Below, piece after piece: positions 40,625 to 49,032 of a DNA stretch of 64,000 nucleotides; the first letter of the stretch is position 1, and each line of letters starts with the position of its first letter. The stretch is from assembly GCA_963712745.1 (NCBI GenBank), contig CAVQJC010000004.1, positions 160,001 to 224,000 of the forward strand, written 5' to 3'. The stretch is from an uncultured Chloroflexia bacterium. Its GTDB lineage: Bacteria > Chloroflexota > Limnocylindria > Limnocylindrales > CSP1-4. The translations under genes and the position numbers were made by a program. The notes beneath the pieces are model-generated. The model searched no databases. It was not told the DNA's origin and saw only the letters and a program-made list of their open reading frames with translations.

Positions 40625-41840
40625 TCAAGCAGCAAGCTGCTCGAGGGGTCGACCCCAGGCCGTCTCCTCGTCGTAGCGGGTCCGATGCGTGAGGCAGCCG
40701 TGGAGGATGCCCACGAGCCTGTTGGCGAGCTTGCGACGGGCGGTCCTGGACGTGTGTGGTCCCGGGTCGTGGGCGTCGTAGTAGGCGCGGGCACCGGGTG
40801 ACGCGCTCAGGGCACAGAGGGCCCACTGGTACGTGGCATCGGCGAGCCGGCGGTTGCGCACGAGACGAGCCACGACGACGTGGCTCGTGCCCGATGCCCG
40901 CGTGATCGGGCTGGTGCCCGCGTAGTTGCGCCGGGCCCTAGCATCGGCATAGCGGTCGGGGGCATCCCCGAACTCCGCGAGCACCCGGGCGCCGAGGACA
41001 GCACCGAGTCCAGGCAGACTTCGCAGGATCTCGGCGTCCGGGTGACGATCGAAGGCATCGACGAGCTCGGCCTCGAGCCGGGCGATCTGCTCGCTCAAGG
41101 TCCTGATGACCGCCACGAGCGCGGTGGTGTTCGCCGCCTGGGCCTCGGCCACGAGCGCTGGAGCCGCCAGTTGTGGCGCCCGCAGGGCCGAGCGGATCTC
41201 GCTCGCCCGCTGCTCGAGGTTCCGCTGTCGGCCGCCCTTGCGCAGGAGCGAGACGGTCTTCGCCTGGCTGAGCTTGCGTCCGCGCACAGGATCGGGTGCC
41301 GCCATGAGCACCGCGGTCGCATCGGGGTGCGCGAGGTCCTCGAAGGCGACCATGGCCCCCGGGTAGTACTCGCGCAGGGCGCTGCGCAGCGCGTTGGTCT
41401 GGCGCCCCCGCGTCCAGATGAGGTTCTGGTGGGCCCGGGCGAGGACCTTGATGGCTGCCTGGAGCTCGCTGTCGGGGGCCACCCGACGATGATGCTGGCG
41501 GTCGGTGCGGACGAGATCGGCGAGGACCCGTGCGTCGCCCCGGTCGGACTTGGCCCGGCTCGTCGTATGGCGCTCGCGATATCTCGAGGCCGCGAGCGGG
41601 TTGACCGCATACACCCCGTACCCCGCCGCAAGCAGGGCGGTCACGAGCAGGCCCCGGTCGGTCTCGATGCCGACGATCACATCGGCCGGCTCGTCGGCAT
41701 GCTCACCGAGCAGCGCGTGCAGGCGGGCCACGCCCTCGAGGCCCTCGGGGATGCGCCTGGTCGCGAGCACCTCCCCCTCGCTGTCGAGCACGCAGACGTC
41801 GTGGTGCGTCTCGGCCCAGTCGATGCCGATGAAGATCGAT
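40625..41840 (-). CDS. IS110 transposase/recombinase (start appears to be AT[C]G at 41840)
   Basis: IFIGIDWAE, GIET, KSDRGDA (DEDD), LPGLG, AG..P.T..SG (catalytic Ser); GGAGGGAG RBS at 41843-41850. Confidence 0.93.
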
Positions 41841-41850
41841 CGCTCCCTCC

Positions 41851-42050
41851 ATCTCCGCTTCGGAGCCGCAGGAGGCGGTCATGGCGCCCTAATGGACCAG
41901 TGCTCATCGGCACGTCACCCCAGCAGCCATCTCGACCGTCCTCGCCGACCGCCGGGGGCACGATCTAGCCGTGGGACTCAGACGTCCTGACTCGGCCAGT
42001 GCTCACCCGGTGGTCCGGCTCGGCGACCAGTCTGAACCCTCAGTCCGGTC
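41851..42050 (-). ncRNA. Putative IS110 bridge RNA
   Basis: Four 7-nt segments match the target and donor half-sites (see findings); boundaries approximate. Confidence 0.7.
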
Positions 42051-42071
42051 TGGCCCATTAGACTCAGGCGT

Positions 42072-42830
42072 GTGAACCTCGCGACCGACCCTTCCGTCAT
42101 CCTGCTCGACGTGGGCGACACGATGGCCAAGGCCTATCCCTCCTGGCGGGACGTGTATGCCACCGTCTTCGCGCCCCACGGCATCCAGGCCGACGGAGAC
42201 GACTTCGAGGCCGCCTTCCGCGAAGCCTGGGCCGAGTGGGCACACGAAGGGCCCTTCGAGGCCACCGAGGAAGCCTCCTTCCAGCGGCTCATGGAGCTCG
42301 ACCAGCTGGTCTTCGACCGGCTCGGCTATCCGGATCTGCCGGAGTCGTTCTTCCGCGATGTCGACGCCGCGTTCCGGCAACGCTCCGCGTTCTATGTCTT
42401 CCCCGACGTCATCCCCGCGCTCGACGTGATGCAGGCAGCAGGCCTTCGTCTCGCCGTCGTCAGCAACTGGGGCTGGGCCGCCCCGGAGCTGCTGCAGACG
42501 CTGGAGCTGGCCCGCCACTTCGAGGTCATGAGCATCAGCGCTCGCGTGGGCTACCAGAAGCCGCACCCAGCGATCTTCGAGCACGCGCTCCACCTGCTGG
42601 GCGTGGGACCGGATGAGGCCATCCACATCGGGGACGATCCCCAGGCCGATGTCGTCGGCGCACGCCGAGTCGGCATCGAACCGGTGCTCATCGACCGCCG
42701 CGGCCGCATCGACACGCCCATCGGGGCCGGGTCTGGGACCGGTCAAGTGGCCCTCGTCCGCGACTTCTGGCAGTTGCTGGATCTGCTCGGGCTGGAGCGG
42801 CCGGCATCGATCGACGGGGATCAGGCCTGA
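42072..42830 (+). CDS. HAD-IA family hydrolase
   Basis: DVGDT, VVSN, KP and HIGD...D motifs. Confidence 0.9.
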   Translation: MNLATDPSVILLDVGDTMAKAYPSWRDVYATVFAPHGIQADGDDFEAAFREAWAEWAHEGPFEATEEASFQRLMELDQLVFDRLGYPDLPESFFRDVDAAFRQRSAFYVFPDVIPALDVMQAAGLRLAVVSNWGWAAPELLQTLELARHFEVMSISARVGYQKPHPAIFEHALHLLGVGPDEAIHIGDDPQADVVGARRVGIEPVLIDRRGRIDTPIGAGSGTGQVALVRDFWQLLDLLGLERPASIDGDQA

Positions 42831-43399
42831 GCGAGCGACGACCGGCGCGCTGGCGACTCTTCATCGCTCATCCCGTTCCAGCGGCCGTGCGCGACGAGCT
42901 CCACGCGCAGCTCGCGCCCTACCGCGCGCGTCACCTCGACGTGCGATGGACCCGGCCGGAGACCTGGCACCTGACGCTGCTCTTCCTCGGCTCGGTCGAG
43001 CACGCACGAGTTACCGAGGTCGAGGCTTTGATGGCTCAAGTGGCACAACAAGGCGCGCCCTACAGGGCACGCGTCGAGCGCGGCGGCGGCCGCGTCGGTC
43101 GGGGCGACGGCGTGGCCTGGATCGGCCTCAGCGTGGGTTCAGGCCAGCTCATCGAGACGGCGCAGCAGGCCGCAGCGGCGTGTCCGCCCGACATCAGCGA
43201 TGGCCCCGCCCCACGGCGCACGCCCTCGGCCCATCTGACGGTAGTGCGGCGCGCGGACCGGTCGGTCATCGAAGCGCTGCGGACCCAGGCACACGGCGAG
43301 CTGGGCGTGGAGTGGACGGTCGACCGCGTCGCGCTGGTGCGCAGCCACCTGGAGCCCTCGGGCGCGAGCTACCAGACGCTGGCTGAAGTCGCGTTGTAG
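42827..43399 (+). CDS. thpR: RNA 2',3'-cyclic phosphodiesterase (2H family), likely CTG start
   Basis: RLFIA N-terminal motif upstream of the first GTG; HLTL and HLTV 2H motifs. Confidence 0.85.
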   Translation: MSERRPARWRLFIAHPVPAAVRDELHAQLAPYRARHLDVRWTRPETWHLTLLFLGSVEHARVTEVEALMAQVAQQGAPYRARVERGGGRVGRGDGVAWIGLSVGSGQLIETAQQAAAACPPDISDGPAPRRTPSAHLTVVRRADRSVIEALRTQAHGELGVEWTVDRVALVRSHLEPSGASYQTLAEVAL

Positions 43400-43460
43400 G
43401 CTCCCTGCAGGCACCTGCCTGGAATCATGCCGCCAGCCCGGCGGCGACGAGGAGAAGACC

Positions 43461-44823
43461 ATGGCGCTGCAGCAGACCAAGTTCATCCTGACCGAGGACC
43501 GGATCCCGCGCGCCTGGTACAACATCAACGCGGATCTCCCCGTGCCGCTCTCCCCGCCGCTCCATCCAGGTACCAGGCAGCCGATCGGCCCGGACGACCT
43601 CGCGCCACTCTTCCCCATGGCCCTCATCGCCCAGGAGATGAGCGCCGATCGTGAGATCGAGATCCCCGAGCCGGTCCTGCAGGCGTACACCATGTACCGC
43701 CCGTCGCCGCTGTTTCGCGCCCATCGCCTCGAGAAGGCCCTGGGCTCGACGGCCAAGATCTTCTACAAGTACGAGGGTGGCAGCCCGGCCGGCAGCCACA
43801 AGCCGAACACGGCCATCCCGCAGGCGTTCTACAACAAGGAAGAGGGCGTCACACGCCTGACCACCGAGACCGGGGCCGGCCAATGGGGCACGGCGCTGGC
43901 GATGGCGGGTGCCATGTTCGGCCTGGAGGTGATCGATCTACCAGGTGCGGGCCTCATACGACGCCAAGCCTGGACGCCGCAACCACATGAAGATGTACGG
44001 CGCCAACGTCGTGGCCAGCCCCAGCACTCTGACCGCGTACGGCCGCAAGGTGCTGGCTGAGACACCTGACACTCCGGGCTCGCTGGGCATCGCCATCAGC
44101 GAGGGTGTCGAGGACGCGGCCACGCACGAGGACACGCGCTACGCGCTGGGCTCGGTGCTCAATCACGTGCTCCTGCACCAGACCGTCATCGGCCAGGAGG
44201 CCATGGAGCAGATGGAGCTGGCCGGCGAGGACCCGGACATCATCGTGGCCTGTGCCGGCGGCGGCTCCAACTTCGCCGGCCTCACCTTCCCCTTCATCGG
44301 TCGCAAGCTGCGCGGCGAGGCCGACTACCGCTTCATCGCAGCGGAGCCCTCAGCTGCCCCCAGCCTGACGCGCGGGGTGTACGCCTACGACTTCGGCGAC
44401 ACCGGCCAGATGGCGCCTATCGTCAAGATGCACACACTGGGCCATGACTTCGTGCCCGATCCCATCCACGCCGGTGGCCTGCGCTACCACGGCATGTCGC
44501 CGCAGGTGAGCCTGCTCAAGGACCAGGGGATCATCGAGGCGCAGGCCGTCCCGCAGTCGAGGACCTTCGATGCGGCGCGGACCTTCACCCAGACCGAGCT
44601 GGTCCTGCCCGCGCCCGAGCCGGCGCACGCCATCGCCGTCGTCATCGACGAGGTCAGGAAGGCCAAGGAGGCCGGCACCAGCCCGACCATCCTCTTCAAC
44701 ATGTGCGGCCACGGCCACTTCGATGCGTCCTCGTACACGCGCTACCTGGACGGTGAGCTCGAGGACTTCGAGCTACCGCAGGAGCGCATCCAGCACGCGC
44801 TCGAGACGGTCCCGTCAGTCTGA
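43461..44823 (+). CDS. trpB2: TrpB2 (TrpB-like PLP enzyme), +1 frameshift at ~43934 as sequenced
   Basis: GSHKPN and TETGAGQWG in frame 1; [23 protein letters not shown] and CGHG in frame 2. Confidence 0.9.
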
Positions 44824-45428
44824 ACGACAAGGAGCGGGAGCTCGTCCTCGGGCTCCCGCGTTCCCGCATCATCGGGGACCGTCCATGGAACGGCATCCTT
44901 GTTGCGGAGGTCGACGGATACCTCGACCTCATCGCGGCAGAGGGCGAGTACCGCCCCCGTGGCGAGGCCGAGAAGGACCCCGGCTGGAAGCAGATCATCC
45001 CGTATCTGCTGATGCGTGATGGTGAGCGCCTGTTCCTGATGCAGCGCACCCGGGCCGGTGGCGATGTTCGCCTGCACGATCTCTACTCGCTCGGCATCGG
45101 GGGGCACCTCAACCCCCAGGACGGGGGCGTGCTGGGCGGACTCCGGCGCGAGTTCCACGAGGAGATGGTGGCCGACTGGGAGCCCGAGCCGCGGCTGGTG
45201 GGCCTGCTCAACGACGATGACGTGCTGGTGGGCCAGGTCCATCTGGGCGTGGTCTTCGAGGCTGACGCCGCCGGACGCGCGCTTGAGGTTCGTGAGATCG
45301 ACAAGCTCAGTGGACGGTTCGTGCTGCCCCGCGAGGTCGAGCCCATCTACGAGCGCATGGAGACGTGGAGCCAGCTCCTCTTCGACCACGTCACCGGCCG
45401 CCAGGCGAGCCCGATCGAGAGAGGCTGA
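44820..45428 (+). CDS. NUDIX-like phosphoesterase (YmaB/COG4112-like), likely CTG start
   Basis: R..AE.DP..KQIIPY lies upstream of the first ATG; SLGIGGHLN, REFHEE, VG.VHLG and METWS motifs. Confidence 0.8.
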   Translation: MNDKERELVLGLPRSRIIGDRPWNGILVAEVDGYLDLIAAEGEYRPRGEAEKDPGWKQIIPYLLMRDGERLFLMQRTRAGGDVRLHDLYSLGIGGHLNPQDGGVLGGLRREFHEEMVADWEPEPRLVGLLNDDDVLVGQVHLGVVFEADAAGRALEVREIDKLSGRFVLPREVEPIYERMETWSQLLFDHVTGRQASPIERG

Positions 45429-45460
45429 CCCGCGAACCGGCGGTGGGATAATCGACACAG

Positions 45461-46858
45461 GTGAAACTCGTGGCACGTCGACTCTCGCCGCTGACCGTCG
45501 TCCGCTCACTCCTGCTGCTCGTGGGCACGATCAGCCTGCTCCTGAGCACGGCGCTGGCCCAGGACGGCGCTGAGGAGCGAAGCACGGTCATCGTCCTGCC
45601 CACCAGCGGCGTGGTCGACCAGATCATGTCCGAGTACCTGCGCTCGGGGATCGAGCGCGCCGTGTCCGAAGGCGCGGCCGCCGTGGTCATCGAGCTGGAC
45701 ACTCCCGGCGGTTCGCTCGAATCGACCCGCGAGATCGTCCAGTCCGAGCTGTCCGCAGAGGTGCCCGTGATGGTCTGGGTCGGCCCTGCCGGCGCCCGGG
45801 CCGCCAGCGCCGGCACGTTCCTGACACTGGCCGCCCACATCGCCTCCATGGCGCCGGCCACCAACATCGGCGCCGCCACGCCCATCTCGGGCGACGGCTC
45901 GGACATCCCCGACGACCTGGGCGAGAAGGTCATGAACGACACCATCGCTACGATCACGTCGATCGCCGAGGAGCGCGGCCGGCCGGTGGAGTGGGCCGTG
46001 GCCACGGTCGAGGAAGCCGCCTCCTATACGGTCGACCAGGCGCTTGCGGCCGGCGCCATCGACTTCAAGGCGGAGTCGATCGAGGACCTCCTGGCACAGG
46101 CCGACGGCAGGACCGTGAACGTGGCCGGCGAGGAGATCGTGCTCGAGACCGCCGGAGCACGGATCGAGGAGCTGGGCATGAACCCGTTCCAGGCCTTCCT
46201 CCACCTGCTCAGCGACCCCAACATCGCCTTCATCCTCTTCACGCTCGGGTTCTACGGCATCTTCTTCGAGCTCCAGAACCCCAACTACGTGACCGGCATC
46301 CTCGGCGCCTTCGCGCTGATCCTCGCGTTCATCGGCTTCGGCAGCCTGCCCTTGAACATCGCCGGTCTGCTGCTCATCGGCCTGGCCGTCGTGCTCTTCG
46401 TACTCGAGCTCACGGTCACCAGCGGAGGTCTGCTCACCATCGGCGGGCTGGTGGCCTTCGTACTGGGCGCCTCGGCGCTCTACACCCAGCCGGGCGACCC
46501 GGTGGCGCCATCAGTGAGCGTCTCGACTGACGTCATCGTGGTCATGACCGTGCTCACGGGCCTCGTCGTGCTCGGCGTCTTGTTCGTAGTCATGAAGCAA
46601 CGCCGACAGCCCCAGACGGCCGTGGGCGTCGGCCACATCACCTCGCCGCTGGTGCCCCTCGGGACTCCAGGAGAGGTGCGTAGCCCGCTGCAACCCACCG
46701 GCACCGTCTACGCTGCCGGCGAGGAGTGGACGGCCCGGGCCGCAGATGCTCGCCTCGTCGAACGCGGGTCCTCCGTGCGCGTGGCCGGCAACGATGGCAT
46801 GGTGCTCATCGTCGAGCAGATGACAACAGTCGCCGACAGCACAGAAGGGATGGTTTGA
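45461..46858 (+). CDS. nfeD: NfeD long form (ClpP-class membrane protease)
   Basis: DTPGG, AASAG, TNIGAA, TM core and C-terminal OB fold (GEEWTA). Confidence 0.92.
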   Translation: MKLVARRLSPLTVVRSLLLLVGTISLLLSTALAQDGAEERSTVIVLPTSGVVDQIMSEYLRSGIERAVSEGAAAVVIELDTPGGSLESTREIVQSELSAEVPVMVWVGPAGARAASAGTFLTLAAHIASMAPATNIGAATPISGDGSDIPDDLGEKVMNDTIATITSIAEERGRPVEWAVATVEEAASYTVDQALAAGAIDFKAESIEDLLAQADGRTVNVAGEEIVLETAGARIEELGMNPFQAFLHLLSDPNIAFILFTLGFYGIFFELQNPNYVTGILGAFALILAFIGFGSLPLNIAGLLLIGLAVVLFVLELTVTSGGLLTIGGLVAFVLGASALYTQPGDPVAPSVSVSTDVIVVMTVLTGLVVLGVLFVVMKQRRQPQTAVGVGHITSPLVPLGTPGEVRSPLQPTGTVYAAGEEWTARAADARLVERGSSVRVAGNDGMVLIVEQMTTVADSTEGMV

Positions 46859-46860
46859 CC

Positions 46861-47808
46861 ATGGACCTCGGTAGCGGACTCATCGTGACTGCGTTGTTCC
46901 TGCTCGTCGTCGGCGCCGTCATCCTCTATCTGTCGGTGCGCATCGTGCGCCAGTACGAGCGCATGGTCATCTTCCGACTGGGCCGCACCGATGAGGGGCT
47001 CGTGCGCGATCCCGGCCTGCGCTTCCTCATCCCCTTCATCGACCGCCCCGTCAAGGTCGACATCCGCGAGGACTACATCGAGGTCCCCAGCCAGACCGTC
47101 ATCACCCGCGACAACGCTCCGGTCGACATCGACTTCCTCATCTACTGGCGCATCATCGATCCCATGAGCAGCCTCATCAACATCGCCGACTTCCGCGGTG
47201 CGCTGCAGGGCATCGCCATGACCACGCTGCGCGCGGTGGTGGGCGACATGATGCTCGACGACGTCCTCTCCAAGCGCGACGACGTGAACAGGGTGCTCCG
47301 GGCCAAGCTCGACGAGCAGACCGAGCGCTGGGGCGGCAAGGTCACGACGGTCGAGATACGGGAGCTTACCCCGCCGCCTGACGTGCAGAACTCCATGAAC
47401 CGCGTGCTCACCGCCGAGCGGACTCGGCGCGCGGTCATCACCGAGTCCGAGGGCGAGCGGCAGTCGAAGATCAACGTGGCCGAAGGCGAGAAGCAGTCGG
47501 CCATCCTGCGAGCGGAGGGCAAGCGTCAGTCGGCCATCCTGGAGGCGGAGGGCTACAGCCAGGCGCTCACCCGGATCTTCGAGGCCGCCAAGGCCATCGA
47601 CGACCGCACCATGACGCTGCAGTACTTCGAGGCCCTCAAGGAGCTCGGCGCGAGCCCCTCGACCAAGTACATCCTCCCGCTCGAGCTGACAGACCTGGCC
47701 AGGCGCCTGGGCAACTTCCTTGACAGTGGGCTGGACACCGGTGCCTCGGTCAGACTGAGCATCGCGAGCGATACGGCCGAAGACGAGGAGCGCACCGCCG
47801 GCGCCTGA
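46861..47808 (+). CDS. SPFH/stomatin-like protein
   Basis: YER..IFRLG, ITRDN, TTLR..VG and AE..RRA....EG repeats; follows nfeD. Confidence 0.93.
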   Translation: MDLGSGLIVTALFLLVVGAVILYLSVRIVRQYERMVIFRLGRTDEGLVRDPGLRFLIPFIDRPVKVDIREDYIEVPSQTVITRDNAPVDIDFLIYWRIIDPMSSLINIADFRGALQGIAMTTLRAVVGDMMLDDVLSKRDDVNRVLRAKLDEQTERWGGKVTTVEIRELTPPPDVQNSMNRVLTAERTRRAVITESEGERQSKINVAEGEKQSAILRAEGKRQSAILEAEGYSQALTRIFEAAKAIDDRTMTLQYFEALKELGASPSTKYILPLELTDLARRLGNFLDSGLDTGASVRLSIASDTAEDEERTAGA

Positions 47809-47824
47809 GCGCCGTCCGCGCCAG

Positions 47825-48592
47825 ATGCTGCCCACCGTCCGCGCCTCCCGCTACGTCGCGCCGCTGCGCGAGGGCGGCTCGATGCCCGGGCTGATGGAGG
47901 CCGACGACGAAGGCACCTACGTGGTCAAGTACCGCGGCGCCGGCCAGGGGCCCAAGGCCCTGGTGGCCGAGCTCATCGCGGGGGAGATCGCGCGCGCCGT
48001 CGGCCTGCCCGTGCCCGAGGCCGTGCTGGTGGATCTGGATGCATCCTTCGGTCGCCTGGAGATCGACTACGAGATCGGCCACCTGCTGCGGTCGAGCACA
48101 GGCCTCAACTACGGGCTCGACTTCCTGCCCGGCTCAATCACCTATGACCCGCTGGTGCCGCCGGCTCCCGATCCGGTCCTGGCAGCAGACATCGTCTGGC
48201 TGGATGCCTTCGTGACCAACCCCGATCGGACGGCCCGCAACACCAACCTGCTGGAGTGGCACGGGCGTATCTGGCTCATCGATCACGGCGCTTCGCTCTA
48301 CTTCCACCACGACTGGGGCGACGTGCTGGCACGCGCGGCCGATCCCTTCGATCACGTGGCGCGGCACGTCTTGCTGCCCTTCGCGGGCGACCTGGCGGCC
48401 GCCGATGGACGCGCGCACGAGCGACTCTCGCGCTCGGTGTTCGAGGCCATCGTCTCGGCCGTGCCTGACGCCTGGCTGGCCCAGCACTACGGCGGATCCA
48501 CGCCGCACGATGTCCGCGCTCGGTACGCGGACTATCTCGCCACCCGGCTGGCCGGATCGCACGTGTTCGTGGAGGAGGCGGCCCGTGGCTGA
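47825..48592 (+). CDS. HipA-like (HipA_2) kinase
   Basis: PLREGGS.P, VVK.RGAGQG, NPDRT.RN.N and WLIDHG motifs. Confidence 0.85.
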   Translation: MLPTVRASRYVAPLREGGSMPGLMEADDEGTYVVKYRGAGQGPKALVAELIAGEIARAVGLPVPEAVLVDLDASFGRLEIDYEIGHLLRSSTGLNYGLDFLPGSITYDPLVPPAPDPVLAADIVWLDAFVTNPDRTARNTNLLEWHGRIWLIDHGASLYFHHDWGDVLARAADPFDHVARHVLLPFAGDLAAADGRAHERLSRSVFEAIVSAVPDAWLAQHYGGSTPHDVRARYADYLATRLAGSHVFVEEAARG

Positions 48593-48974
48593 GCCCTGCA
48601 TCTACGACTACGCCGTCGTGCGTGTCGTGCCCGACGTGGCTCGGGCGGAGTTCCTCAACGCCGGCATCATCCTTTTCGCCAAGTCCCACGGTGCACTGCT
48701 GGCGCGGGTCGCGCTCGACGAGGCCCGGCTGGCGCTGCTGGCACCGGACGCGGACGTGGCGGCCATCCGCTCACATCTCGAAGCCATCGAGCGCATCTGC
48801 GCCGGCGGCGCCGCGGCCGGGCCGCACGCGAGCCTGAGCGCGTCGGAGCGGTTTCATTGGCTGACCTCGCCGCGTAGCACGGCCATCCAGGTCTCGCCCG
48901 TCCACTCCGGCATCTGCGACGATCCCGAGGTCGAGGCGGACCGCCTGTTCGAGCGACTCGTCCACACTCGCTGA
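48585..48974 (+). CDS. DUF3037 family protein
   Basis: YAVVRVVP...EFLNAG and RFHWL..PRS..IQ.SP.H.G motifs; overlaps the kinase stop. Confidence 0.85.
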   Translation: MAEPCIYDYAVVRVVPDVARAEFLNAGIILFAKSHGALLARVALDEARLALLAPDADVAAIRSHLEAIERICAGGAAAGPHASLSASERFHWLTSPRSTAIQVSPVHSGICDDPEVEADRLFERLVHTR

Positions 48975-49032
48975 CAGTCCCCGCGCAGCCGCGGCGAAGG
49001 TCCCGTGAAGTGGACACGGCCATGCTCAATGC

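Larger units (their letters stand above)
40602..42062 (-). mobile_element. IS110-family insertion sequence
   Basis: DEDD transposase, ~220-bp upstream non-coding end, no terminal IRs, TAGA core repeated at 40602-40605 and 42059-42062. Confidence 0.88.

Noticed and set aside
43931-43939. Programmed ribosomal frameshift in trpB2
   Set aside because: No slippery heptamer; better explained by the shared +C defect
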